From a virus (Duplodnaviria; Caudoviricetes): a DNA stretch of 62,520 bases. Positions 62,357 to 62,520 of this stretch are shown here, in pieces. Numbering within the stretch: position 1 is the stretch's first letter; every line of letters starts with the position of its first letter. The stretch is from positions 1-62,520 of the IMG/VR virus record IMGVR_UViG_3300042861_000978; one strand, 5' to 3'. Below the pieces are notes generated by a model that saw only the letters and a program-made list of their open reading frames with translations, ran no database searches and was not told the origin of the DNA. The position numbers and the translations under genes are program-made.

Positions 62357-62520
62357 ATGAATAATAATTTATTAAATGGAGCACCTCTGTATTATCCAAG
62401 TGCTAAAGAATGGATGTGGAACTATTGTATTTATTTAGGACCATTTACTGATAGTGAAGGAAATAACTATGATTTAGGAATATATTTAGATCCTGATAGT
62501 GTTTTTGAATGTAGTAATGC
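62357..62520 (+). CDS. Hypothetical protein, 5' part (MNNNLLNGAPLYYPSAKEWMWNYCIYLGPF...)
   Basis: Translated by hand; open to the window edge. Confidence 0.65.
   Translation, partial: MNNNLLNGAPLYYPSAKEWMWNYCIYLGPFTDSEGNNYDLGIYLDPDSVFECSN

Noticed and set aside
1-62520. Stop-codon reassignment (TAG or TGA), known in some Crassvirales
   Set aside because: Standard-code ORFs tile the window densely, including a 4313-aa ORF; the muzzle splits end in TAA and change frame.
1-62520. CRISPR array, tRNA or rRNA genes, integrase or IS elements
   Set aside because: No regularly spaced repeats or recognisable signatures found by eye.

Overview
This AT-rich window is most of the virion-morphogenesis arm of a crAss-like (Crassvirales-type) podophage of a Bacteroidota host, read in the standard genetic code. 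From 60235 down to 1, all real genes are on the minus strand. In transcription order they encode: a winged-HTH protein, an HU/IHF-like protein, a Cys-rich protein, small proteins, TerL, portal, scaffold, major capsid protein, ring/auxiliary-capsid/hub proteins, Thr-rich Cys-rich surface proteins, a tail-collar protein, a metallophosphoesterase, a second HU/IHF-like protein, tail ring and muzzle, a free-standing GIY-YIG/NUMOD homing endonuclease, giant ejection/cargo proteins, and a holin-lysozyme-spanin cassette. The cargo proteins include a 4313-aa virion RNA polymerase with the DFDID motif and a 2006-aa polyvalent protein with ART-like, peptidase-like and PD-(D/E)XK domains. Transcription diverges at 60236-60560 into small plus-strand genes. 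Five observations stand out. (1) A set of Cys-rich, Ig-like and FISUMP modules delimited by poly-Thr tracts is re-used across several virion proteins. (2) The tail muzzle gene appears split into three ORFs by such cassettes. (3) Two cargo proteins are punctuated by repeated x-x-G-G and G-x-W-L-x-x-Y motifs that flank payload-like segments. (4) A ~160-nt structured RNA element follows the capsid gene and shows the same ACUACAU word found just upstream of three head/packaging gene starts. (5) The spanin pair is atypical. All family assignments come from motif recognition and gene order only; no database searches were run.
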